From Fidelibacterota bacterium (GTDB lineage: Bacteria > Fidelibacterota > Marinisomatia > Marinisomatales > TCS55), in contig JBJKZT010000013.1 of the NCBI GenBank assembly GCA_045569055.1, forward strand, positions 16,087-80,086: a stretch of DNA of 64,000 nucleotides, written 5' to 3'. The position numbers and the translations under genes were made by a program. The notes beneath the pieces were generated by a model. The model made no database searches. It saw only the letters and a list, made by a program, of their open reading frames with translations, and had not been told where the DNA came from. Positions 56,588-64,000 of this stretch are shown here, one piece after another. Position 1 is the first letter of the stretch, and each line of letters begins with the position of its first letter.

Positions 56588-58423
56588 ATGGCAATGATGA
56601 CAATGTTAAGAAATAGAATGCACGTAGTACTTTGGGCTCTACTTGTTCTTTTTCTTTTAAGTATGACAGTTGGTGGTTTGGTAGGTGGTGCTAACATTAT
56701 AGATCAACTTCTTGGTAGAGTAAATCCTGCTGAAGCTATTGGTTTAGTTAACGGTCAAAAGATTACTCCTAATCAGTTTAATCAAGCTGTAAATGCTCAA
56801 ATGGATGCAATTCGCAATTCAGGGAGTCAAATTTCAGACCAAGATCTTGAGAGAGTACGTTCCCAAGTATGGAATGGTTTTATAGAAGAATATTTAACAA
56901 AAGAAGCTATTGAAGATTTAGATATTTCCGTTTCGGATGAAGAAATTATTTACCATTTAGAAAATAACCCGCCTATTGACATTCAACGGTTATTTTATGA
57001 AAATAATGTTTTTAATGAAGAAAGGTATCGACAAGCATTAACTACGCCTGGAATGATTGATTGGACACCAATAGAAGCTTGGATGAAAGATTATTTTATT
57101 CCACGTTTTAAACTTCAACAATATATAAGTATGTCATCTGTTGTTACTGAAAATGATATAAAAGAAGAATTTATTAAAAGGAATATTGAATATACCATAT
57201 CTGCTATTCATGTAACGAATTTATCAGTTAAAGATAAAGTATCTAAACCTACAGATGAGGAATTATTAGAAAATTACAAATCTCGACTTGAAGATTTTAA
57301 ACGTGATGAAAAAAGGCATATCTCGTTTGTAAGTTGGCCCAAATCACCAACTGCAAGTGATACTCTTCGAGTTAAACAAGAAGCTTTAGAAATTATTATG
57401 TCATACAGTGAAGGTGATGATTTCGGTGCTTTAGCTAATATTCATACTATGGACCCTGGCAATCAAGTCACAGCTGATTCTGGAAGAGGTGGTGACTTAG
57501 GGTGGTTTGGCAAAGGGCAAATGGTTCCAGCTTTTGAGGATGCTACATTTAATGCAAAGTCAGGGTCTGTTGTAGGGCCAATATTGACTCAATTTGGATA
57601 TCATATCATTAAAGTAGATAGCATTAAAAATAAAGGTAAAGATGATCATCAAGTTAAAGCTAAGCACATATTATTAAATATTGATATGGGTCAAAATACT
57701 CGTACAAACTTAAGAAGAAGTGCTACGCTTTTTAGTTATGATGCTCAAGATTATGGCTTTATGGCTGCCCAAGATACTCATAGTGTAGAAATGCAACCCT
57801 CAAATTATTTAGGACAAGGTGATATTTTTATAGCAGGTCTAGGTCCTTTCAGATCAGCTGTAAGGTGGACATTTAATGCAGATGTTGGTTCAGTATCTGA
57901 TCCCCTTGAAACAGATGATTTTTATGCCGTTTTTACACTAGATTCTATTTCTCAAGAAGGAATCGCTCCTTTTGAAGATGTACGTTCTCAAGTACTTACA
58001 GGAATGGAGAGAGATAGAAATATTGAAGCTTCATCAAATTATGCAAATGAATTAAAAGCTAAAGTAGAAACTGGATCATCTTTTAAGGATTTAACTGAAA
58101 ATAATAAAACTTTAGAGTATGTTCCTTCAGATAAAAAGAAATTAAGCTCTTCATTTATTTCTTTGGGGAAATCAGAACAACTAATAGGAGCATTATTAAA
58201 TTCTGAAAAAAATAGTTTAATTGGACCAATTAAAACAAATCGAGGTTATGGAATAGTAAAAATTCTAGAAATAAGCACTTTTGATTCAACAAATTGGAAT
58301 AATCAAAAAAATATTATAAAAACAGATTTAAATCGTTTAAAAGAAACAACAAATTATCAAAATTGGATGAGTAATTTAAAAGAAAGTGCTGAAATTGTTG
58401 ACAATAGAAAGTTTCATTTCTAA
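56588..58423 (+). CDS. ppiD: PpiD-like membrane-anchored periplasmic chaperone / parvulin PPIase
   Basis: 611 aa with an N-terminal TM anchor and a SurA-N-like region. The parvulin motif is GGDLGWFGKGQMVPAFEDATF...GYHIIKV. Confidence 0.75.
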   Translation: MAMMTMLRNRMHVVLWALLVLFLLSMTVGGLVGGANIIDQLLGRVNPAEAIGLVNGQKITPNQFNQAVNAQMDAIRNSGSQISDQDLERVRSQVWNGFIEEYLTKEAIEDLDISVSDEEIIYHLENNPPIDIQRLFYENNVFNEERYRQALTTPGMIDWTPIEAWMKDYFIPRFKLQQYISMSSVVTENDIKEEFIKRNIEYTISAIHVTNLSVKDKVSKPTDEELLENYKSRLEDFKRDEKRHISFVSWPKSPTASDTLRVKQEALEIIMSYSEGDDFGALANIHTMDPGNQVTADSGRGGDLGWFGKGQMVPAFEDATFNAKSGSVVGPILTQFGYHIIKVDSIKNKGKDDHQVKAKHILLNIDMGQNTRTNLRRSATLFSYDAQDYGFMAAQDTHSVEMQPSNYLGQGDIFIAGLGPFRSAVRWTFNADVGSVSDPLETDDFYAVFTLDSISQEGIAPFEDVRSQVLTGMERDRNIEASSNYANELKAKVETGSSFKDLTENNKTLEYVPSDKKKLSSSFISLGKSEQLIGALLNSEKNSLIGPIKTNRGYGIVKILEISTFDSTNWNNQKNIIKTDLNRLKETTNYQNWMSNLKESAEIVDNRKFHF

Positions 58424-58471
58424 AACAACTCAATTTATATTTAAAACCATAAAACATAAGAGACCAAAATA

Positions 58472-59236
58472 ATGAAAATTAAAAATCTAGCAATAACTCT
58501 ACTCCTTTCTTCATTTATTTTAGGACAAGAAGAAATTTCTAATAATTTAAATACTGCAGTTGTGAAATTTGAATCAACTGGAATCAATGATATGGAGAAT
58601 CAAGCTTTTTTTGAATATTTTCTTCAAGAGTTAACTAATTCTTCTCAAAATAACTTTATTGATCAAAAGCTAGTGAATCAAAAAACTAAAAGTTTAGATT
58701 TGACAACGAACAGTTGTTTTACAAATGAATGTTTAAAAGCTGCAATGGATTCAACAAATTCTGATGAATTAATTGCAGGAACTATCCAATTTTCAAAAAA
58801 TAAATTTCGTGTTAAAATTCATAAAATTGAATCATCAAAAAATAAATCAAAGACTTATAATATAAGATATAAAGGTGAAGTTGATGGATTTATAACTGAG
58901 CTTCAAATACTTGCGTGGGAAATTATGGGGAAAAATCCACCTGGAACTTTAAGCGCTAAAAGGAAACCTAGTAGAGAGTCCTTTTTAGAAAATCCAACTA
59001 ATAAAAGAATTTTGGTTTTTACTATAGCTGGATTAGCAGGAGCATCATATGTCTCAAATACAGCAGGATACAATAAATCTATGGATGGTGCAAATAATGA
59101 TCGAGAAATTTTTTATGATGATCATATAGCAAGTGCTAATAAGTCCAAAAATGAAGCAAACTTATCATTGGTAGTTATGATTGCTTCTTTAGGGTATGCT
59201 TACTATGATGGTTTACTAAAATTTGGAGATAAATAA
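58472..59236 (+). CDS. Hypothetical secreted protein with a C-terminal TM helix
   Basis: 254 aa with signal MKIKNLAITLLLSSFILGQ. No motif I recognise. Confidence 0.4.
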   Translation: MKIKNLAITLLLSSFILGQEEISNNLNTAVVKFESTGINDMENQAFFEYFLQELTNSSQNNFIDQKLVNQKTKSLDLTTNSCFTNECLKAAMDSTNSDELIAGTIQFSKNKFRVKIHKIESSKNKSKTYNIRYKGEVDGFITELQILAWEIMGKNPPGTLSAKRKPSRESFLENPTNKRILVFTIAGLAGASYVSNTAGYNKSMDGANNDREIFYDDHIASANKSKNEANLSLVVMIASLGYAYYDGLLKFGDK

Positions 59237-59258
59237 GTAACTGATAAAATAAAAATAC

Positions 59259-59678
59259 TTACTGTATCTTTGGTTCAATTCTAGTTCTAATTATCCAAGG
59301 TGATTGGTAACCTTTTTTTATAATACTTTGCCTAAAATTTTCAGCTTTATTCCTTTCTATAAAATTACCGACACGAACCTTATAGTTAGGTGCTTCAAAA
59401 ACTATATATATTTTTTCATTTAAAATATTTGACAAATCTTTTTGTAATAGTTCAGCCTTAGACAATTGTTTTGTTGCTAATATTTGGACGCGGAATCCTT
59501 CAATAATAATTTGAGTTGAATCTATTGAAACTTTATTTTCTAAAATACTTTTAGATTCTAATGGTGAAATTATCATAGGCCATCTAGGTTCTGGATTATT
59601 AAGTTTGTCTGGATCAAACTTAATTTTTTTATCTTGCGCAATTAATAAAGTTGAAAATAAAATAAATAATATTTTCAT
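59259..59678 (-). CDS. SPOR-domain (peptidoglycan-binding) protein
   Basis: 139 aa with a signal peptide. The C-terminal GFRVQILATKQLSKAE...YKVRVGNFIERNKAENFRQSIIKKGYQSPWII matches the SPOR fold pattern. Confidence 0.65.
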   Translation of the reverse strand: MKILFILFSTLLIAQDKKIKFDPDKLNNPEPRWPMIISPLESKSILENKVSIDSTQIIIEGFRVQILATKQLSKAELLQKDLSNILNEKIYIVFEAPNYKVRVGNFIERNKAENFRQSIIKKGYQSPWIIRTRIEPKIQ

Positions 59679-60415
59679 ATTTTTCTCATATATTGATTGT
59701 TAACCCATCCTTTTTTACCATCAAGTAGTAATATTTCATACCATCTTGTTTCAGATGTTGTAATTTGTACTTTTGTTCCTTCATGTATTCTAAATAATAC
59801 ATTCTCACCCCTTGCTATTGGCGCTGAAAGAACATCAATTGAAGTTGAAATAACAATGGCTTCATCAATATCAGAAATATTCCAATATTTATCAAATGAA
59901 ATCCATATTAAAATTAAAAAGGATAATGTTAAAGTATAATTAAAAAAGATCTTTATTTTTTCATTTATAATGAAATATGATTTAATTAAATAGATTATTG
60001 AAATAGTAACGAAGAAAAACCCACCTAAAATTATAATATCTAGAATAGTTGTTTTATCTAAAACTGCTTTATATAATGAAAATAAGAAAAAATTATCTGG
60101 CGGTACAATTCTATCTTTTACTTGAGAACGCACAAAATTTAAATTATAAAGTATATCTTTATCTCTAGGAGAAATGGAATGACCTTTTTCATATGCCCAA
60201 ACTGCGTTACCTAATTCGCCCATTCTATAATAACTATTCCCAAGATTTAAGTACAGATGCTCATGAGTAAAATCTTTTTCTAATTCATGAAAATGATTAA
60301 CTGCATTTTCATATTCCTCACTTTCATAATAATAATTACCTAATTGAAATAAAGAATCAGCATTTTGAGATGATGATATTGAAAATAGCACTAAATTTAT
60401 AATTATAAATTTCAA
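59675..60415 (-). CDS. batE: BatE-like TPR plus SH3-like membrane protein
   Basis: 246 aa with a TTG start. It has TPR repeats, a TM region, and a C-terminal SH3-like WYEILLLDGKKGWVNNQYM. It holds the last position of the bat operon. Confidence 0.5.
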   Translation of the reverse strand: MKFIIINLVLFSISSSQNADSLFQLGNYYYESEEYENAVNHFHELEKDFTHEHLYLNLGNSYYRMGELGNAVWAYEKGHSISPRDKDILYNLNFVRSQVKDRIVPPDNFFLFSLYKAVLDKTTILDIIILGGFFFVTISIIYLIKSYFIINEKIKIFFNYTLTLSFLILIWISFDKYWNISDIDEAIVISTSIDVLSAPIARGENVLFRIHEGTKVQITTSETRWYEILLLDGKKGWVNNQYMRKI

Positions 60416-60428
60416 GATAAAGCCTTAT

Positions 60429-62144
60429 CTATTTTTTTAATAAATTAATTGCTTGATCTTTTAAAGTTGAAAGTTGTGTATCTGCTTGGGGACCAAATCG
60501 TCCAGCATCACAAATCTTTGTAATAGAAATAATCTCTTTAAGAAGAGAATTATTAATTTTTCCTTTAAGCTCAGATTCAATTGTAAGTGGATCTAAATTT
60601 TCAGTTGATAAAAATAATTTTGATTGAAAGTATTTATAAAGGACTAATGAAGTTAAGGCGAATGGATCGTCAGTAGATTTTGATATTTGTTTTATAGCTA
60701 TTTTAAGCGCACCTTGTGACTGTCTTTGGCCATATGTTGATAAACGATTTGCTTTAAATCTCGATAGAAAAGTTGGAAATATATATAGAGTAGTTGCAAA
60801 AACATAAGTGCCCCAAACCCAAATTGGAATTGACCTTTCACCTTTTGAATAAAATTTAGGTGTTAAAATTTTAATATGTCTTATATCATTACCTAATAAA
60901 GAAATGTCCTCTTTATTAAATTGAGTTGAAGCAATATTTGTTTTATCTCCAGGATTAATTGTTAAAGGCAATGGCTCAGATCTTGAAATTATAAATTTTT
61001 CTAGAGTCGGATCAAAATATGTCAGCTTAACTGGTTTTAATATAAATTGTCCAGAAATTCTAGGTATTAAAATATATTCAAAATTTAGTTCACCAGTAAT
61101 ATCATCTCTGAATTCATTTCGCTTAAAAGAAGAAGTTGGGGGAAATACTTCCATGTTTTGTGGAAAATCTATACTATTAATATTGAACTGATTAAGATTA
61201 CCTGTTCCTTTCAGTTCTACTCTGAAAGTAATAGCTTCATTGATTTTAACAATTGATGTATCTATCATGGAAGAAATTTGAAATTTACCAACTGCTCCAC
61301 TAAAATCTGATGGGGGAGAATTTGGATATTTGTTAACCATAATATTTATCGAGTCAGATTGAATAAATTGACGCTTAGTCTCTTTAAACATTGAATTAAA
61401 GAAAGCATCATTAAAAGGGTTTTTTGATTTTCCACGAGAAGGTATTTCTACATTACATATTGCTGTCATTGGAGCAATAATTAAGTTACCAGTTTGAGTA
61501 GGAAATAAAGCTGATTTATATAATGTAGCAACTTTATAGTCTACACCATTTATTTTAGTATTATTAAAACGTATAGTTTGAGCAACACGGAGGTCTTCAT
61601 TCCAAAAACCAGTACTCTTAGGATATTCAATATCTTCAATTGATAGATTAAGACGTGTAAATAAACGATAAGTTACAGTTATCTGTTCTCCTGGAAATGC
61701 TTCTTCTTTATCTGCTTTTGCTTCAATGAAGAGATTAGCCATCTGAGCTCGGCCAGCACCTTTTTCTACCGAAATGCCAATTGGATTAGTTTTAAAAACC
61801 TTTTTTTGAACAGTTACGTTTAAACTTGGTATATTAATTTTTCCATCATTTTTAGCTAGTAAAGTCCAAGTTAAACTTCTTGAACTTGTCATAGCGCCAT
61901 TAATCCATTGGATATTTGTTTGTTGAGCTGGTCCGCTTATAATTTTAAAATCTTTTAATATGGGAGAAATATCTACGCTTGGAGTACCATCTGCGTTAGT
62001 AGCTACTATTTTTAAGCCTAACGTTTCATTTTGCGAAATACGATTAGCATCAACCGAAGCTGCTACAATTGTTTGAGAAAAAGTAAAATTGAACAGTAAT
62101 AGTAGTAAACTAATAAAGTTTTTATATTTCTTAACCATTACCAA
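60429..62144 (-). CDS. batD: BatD-like oxygen-tolerance protein
   Basis: 571 aa with a signal peptide, repeated beta-sandwich regions, one late TM helix, and a position between the TPR genes. Confidence 0.65.
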   Translation of the reverse strand: MVMVKKYKNFISLLLLLFNFTFSQTIVAASVDANRISQNETLGLKIVATNADGTPSVDISPILKDFKIISGPAQQTNIQWINGAMTSSRSLTWTLLAKNDGKINIPSLNVTVQKKVFKTNPIGISVEKGAGRAQMANLFIEAKADKEEAFPGEQITVTYRLFTRLNLSIEDIEYPKSTGFWNEDLRVAQTIRFNNTKINGVDYKVATLYKSALFPTQTGNLIIAPMTAICNVEIPSRGKSKNPFNDAFFNSMFKETKRQFIQSDSINIMVNKYPNSPPSDFSGAVGKFQISSMIDTSIVKINEAITFRVELKGTGNLNQFNINSIDFPQNMEVFPPTSSFKRNEFRDDITGELNFEYILIPRISGQFILKPVKLTYFDPTLEKFIISRSEPLPLTINPGDKTNIASTQFNKEDISLLGNDIRHIKILTPKFYSKGERSIPIWVWGTYVFATTLYIFPTFLSRFKANRLSTYGQRQSQGALKIAIKQISKSTDDPFALTSLVLYKYFQSKLFLSTENLDPLTIESELKGKINNSLLKEIISITKICDAGRFGPQADTQLSTLKDQAINLLKK

Positions 62145-62854
62145 TCTTTAGCTAGTTTACGAGATTTTGAACGAGATATTTGTTTCTTTTGCATGATTTT
62201 TTCATCTTGCTTTAGTGCATCTAATATACTTTCAGCTTGTTTTAAATCTTGATCCTTTTCTTCATTTGAAGATTCTTCCTGCTTTTGCTCTTCTTTATTT
62301 TGCTCTTCTTTATTTTGCTCTTTCTGATTCTGCTCTTGGTCTTTTTGCTCTTGCTCTTCCTCCTTCTGTTCTTCGTCTTGTTCTTTCTGTTCTTCTTCTT
62401 CCTCCTTTTGTTCTTCGTCTTGCTTATCTTTTTCTTTATTTTCTTCTTCTGGAGGTTTCTTTTGATATTTTAAATATTCATAATTGAATCTAGCTTCTTT
62501 ATCATTTGGATTTAGCTCGAGTGCTTTTCTGTAAAAAGAGATTGCTTCTTCAGCTTTATTATCTTTGTAAAAGGTATTACCGAGATTGTAATAAACTTTT
62601 GAGCGAAGGTTCTCATCAGAACTTTTTAAAGATTCTTGGAAACTTTTTTTTGCAACTTCCCAGTCTCCTTTTTGATAAGATGAAGCACCACTACCAAAAT
62701 GTGCTTCTACATTCTCACTTCTTTTAATTATTATATTTTCATAATAATTTTTTGCTTCTTCATATTCTTGATTTTGATAATACTCTAGACCCTTATCTTG
62801 CGATAAACAAAATGAAATTAAAAAAAGAATTGTAATTATTTGATTAATTTTCAA
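62138..62854 (-). CDS. batC: BatC-like TPR protein with an EEQKE-type low-complexity tail
   Basis: 238 aa with signal/lipobox LFLISFCLSQ and TPR repeats (AISFYRKALELNPNDKEA). About 70 aa of E/K/Q repeats follow. Confidence 0.6.
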   Translation of the reverse strand: MKINQIITILFLISFCLSQDKGLEYYQNQEYEEAKNYYENIIIKRSENVEAHFGSGASSYQKGDWEVAKKSFQESLKSSDENLRSKVYYNLGNTFYKDNKAEEAISFYRKALELNPNDKEARFNYEYLKYQKKPPEEENKEKDKQDEEQKEEEEEQKEQDEEQKEEEQEQKDQEQNQKEQNKEEQNKEEQKQEESSNEEKDQDLKQAESILDALKQDEKIMQKKQISRSKSRKLAKDW

Positions 62855-63869
62855 ATCTATTTTTCCATTTTTTATATTTTTTTACTTTTGTAGGTATTAT
62901 CATACCAGTAAACATTAATCCAAAAGAAATAATTGCAAAAGATTGGTAACGATCTTCATATTCACTAAAAATTTGAGATTTTAATGTACGTTTTTCCATA
63001 TTATCAATTGCATTTGTAATCTTTTTAAAGTTTGCTGGTTTGTTATCAAATCTAACATAAGTACCATTCCCAGCTTCAGCAATATTATTAAGAATTTTTT
63101 CATTTAAAAGAGAAGTTATTAACTTTCCTTCAGCGTCTCTTTTATAATCTCTAATACCTTGTTTATCAATTATAGGAATCAATGAGCCATTTGATGTTCC
63201 GACTCCAACAGCATGTACAATCATTCCTCTTTTAGCTGCTTGACCAGCTAGTTCTATAGCTTTGCCTTCATGGTCCTCACCATCTGTAACTAGGACTAAA
63301 ACTTTGTATTTTGAATCTTCTTCAGTGAAAGCTGATAGGCCAGTTTCTAATGCCATGCTCAAAGCAGTACCTTGTGTTGGAATCATTTTTGTATCAATCT
63401 GGTCTAAAAATAGTCGTGCAGCCTCATAATCAATAGTTAAGGGTAAATACATATGGCTAGACCCAGCAAAAACAATTATGGCCACTCTATCACCCTTTAA
63501 TTGTTGAATCATTTGAGATATCTCAAATTTAGCTTTTTCTAGTCTACTAGGCTTAACATCTTCAGCGTTCATACTAGTTGACACATCTAGAGCAAAAACT
63601 AAATCAATACCCTTTCTATCAAAAGGTGCTAAGCGAACTCCAATTTGTGGACCTGATGCAGCAAAGATTAAAAAGATTAAAGATAAAAAAAGTAATCGAT
63701 CTTTTGTTTTAATTCTTATTAAATCAGTATTTGCCAATAATCGAGAACGTAATTCTTTTGAGATTTGTCCTAGTTCAGGCTTAGATCTATTTTTAAAAAT
63801 CAAAAAAATTAAAACTACAAATAGTGGTAAATATATATAGAGAATAAGTGGAAATCTGAATTCAATCAT
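62844..63869 (-). CDS. batB: BatB-like von Willebrand factor A membrane protein
   Basis: The start is set at ATG 63869 (MIEFRFPLILYIYLPLFVV TM segment), overlapping the batA stop as ATATGA. The MIDAS motif is DLVFALDVSTSMNAEDV. The track start at 63944 would lie inside batA. Confidence 0.75.
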   Translation of the reverse strand: MIEFRFPLILYIYLPLFVVLIFLIFKNRSKPELGQISKELRSRLLANTDLIRIKTKDRLLFLSLIFLIFAASGPQIGVRLAPFDRKGIDLVFALDVSTSMNAEDVKPSRLEKAKFEISQMIQQLKGDRVAIIVFAGSSHMYLPLTIDYEAARLFLDQIDTKMIPTQGTALSMALETGLSAFTEEDSKYKVLVLVTDGEDHEGKAIELAGQAAKRGMIVHAVGVGTSNGSLIPIIDKQGIRDYKRDAEGKLITSLLNEKILNNIAEAGNGTYVRFDNKPANFKKITNAIDNMEKRTLKSQIFSEYEDRYQSFAIISFGLMFTGMIIPTKVKKYKKWKNRFEN

Positions 63870-64000
63870 ATTTTTCTTCTGAAAAGAGTTCTGTCTAATG
63901 TTTGACCACTTAAACCAAGTATCAAAGCCGGAATTAAAAACCAACCAAATAATTCTTTATATTGAGTGAATTCTTTTATTTCAATTTCTGTTCTTTCTAG
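63866..64000 (-). CDS. batA: BatA-like VWA protein, C-terminal 44 codons only (the gene continues past the window end)
   Basis: My translation is LERTEIEIKEFTQYKELFGWFLIPALILGLSGQTLDRTLFRRKI*. It ends in a terminal TM helix and basic tail, as in BatA proteins. Confidence 0.55.
   Translation of the reverse strand, partial: LERTEIEIKEFTQYKELFGWFLIPALILGLSGQTLDRTLFRRKI

Noticed and set aside
62215-62727. Three + strand ORFs (90, 62 and 73 aa) made of Leu/Phe repeats
   Set aside because: They are antisense artefacts of the GAA/AAG-rich low-complexity tract and TPR region of batC.
63870-63944. N-terminal extension of the batB ORF (MVFNSGFDTWFKWSNIRQNSFQKKN)
   Set aside because: It overlaps the C-terminal coding region of batA in another frame. 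ATG 63869 gives the expected N-terminal TM helix and an ATGA-type overlap with the batA stop.

Overview
This is an AT-rich chromosomal segment: about 27-33% G+C in the 60-nt stretches I counted by hand, apart from one gene. It probably comes from a Gram-negative marine bacterium of the FCB type. Supporting this, three proteins end in T9SS-type sorting domains ('NYPNPFNP...IYD.LGR'), and a batA-batB-batC-batD-batE-SPOR operon sits at the right end. That lineage call is inference only. I support about 55 CDS, most on the minus strand, and 4 tRNAs: Leu-UAA, Cys-GCA, Gly-GCC and Ala-GGC. I saw no rRNA, CRISPR array, transposase, integrase or phage genes. The window is unusually rich in exported peptidases and amidases: M1, a T9SS gluzincin, M28, two M20, S10, an S45 acylase, DUF885 and S9/DPP4. 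It also carries two abutting giant T9SS surface proteins of 1653 and 1545 aa. The most interesting signal is at 48243..49379 (-). The ORF track cuts this gene short because it contains one in-frame TGA directly after Cys-Gly. An fdhF-like SECIS hairpin follows at the canonical offset, so this is probably a selenocysteine lipoprotein. It is translationally coupled to a membrane-anchored rhodanese and a MauE/DoxX membrane protein, all three carrying C-G-C-like motifs. Other points worth a second look: an unannotated 27-aa Asp/Cys-rich mini-ORF behind a MerC-like gene; two exported proteins whose signal peptides lie upstream of any ATG/GTG/TTG, with ATA where Met is expected; a sharp G+C jump confined to the 1545-aa gene next to tRNA-Gly; and five 336-nt tandem repeats inside the 1653-aa gene. 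All family calls come from motif recognition by eye. No database search was run.
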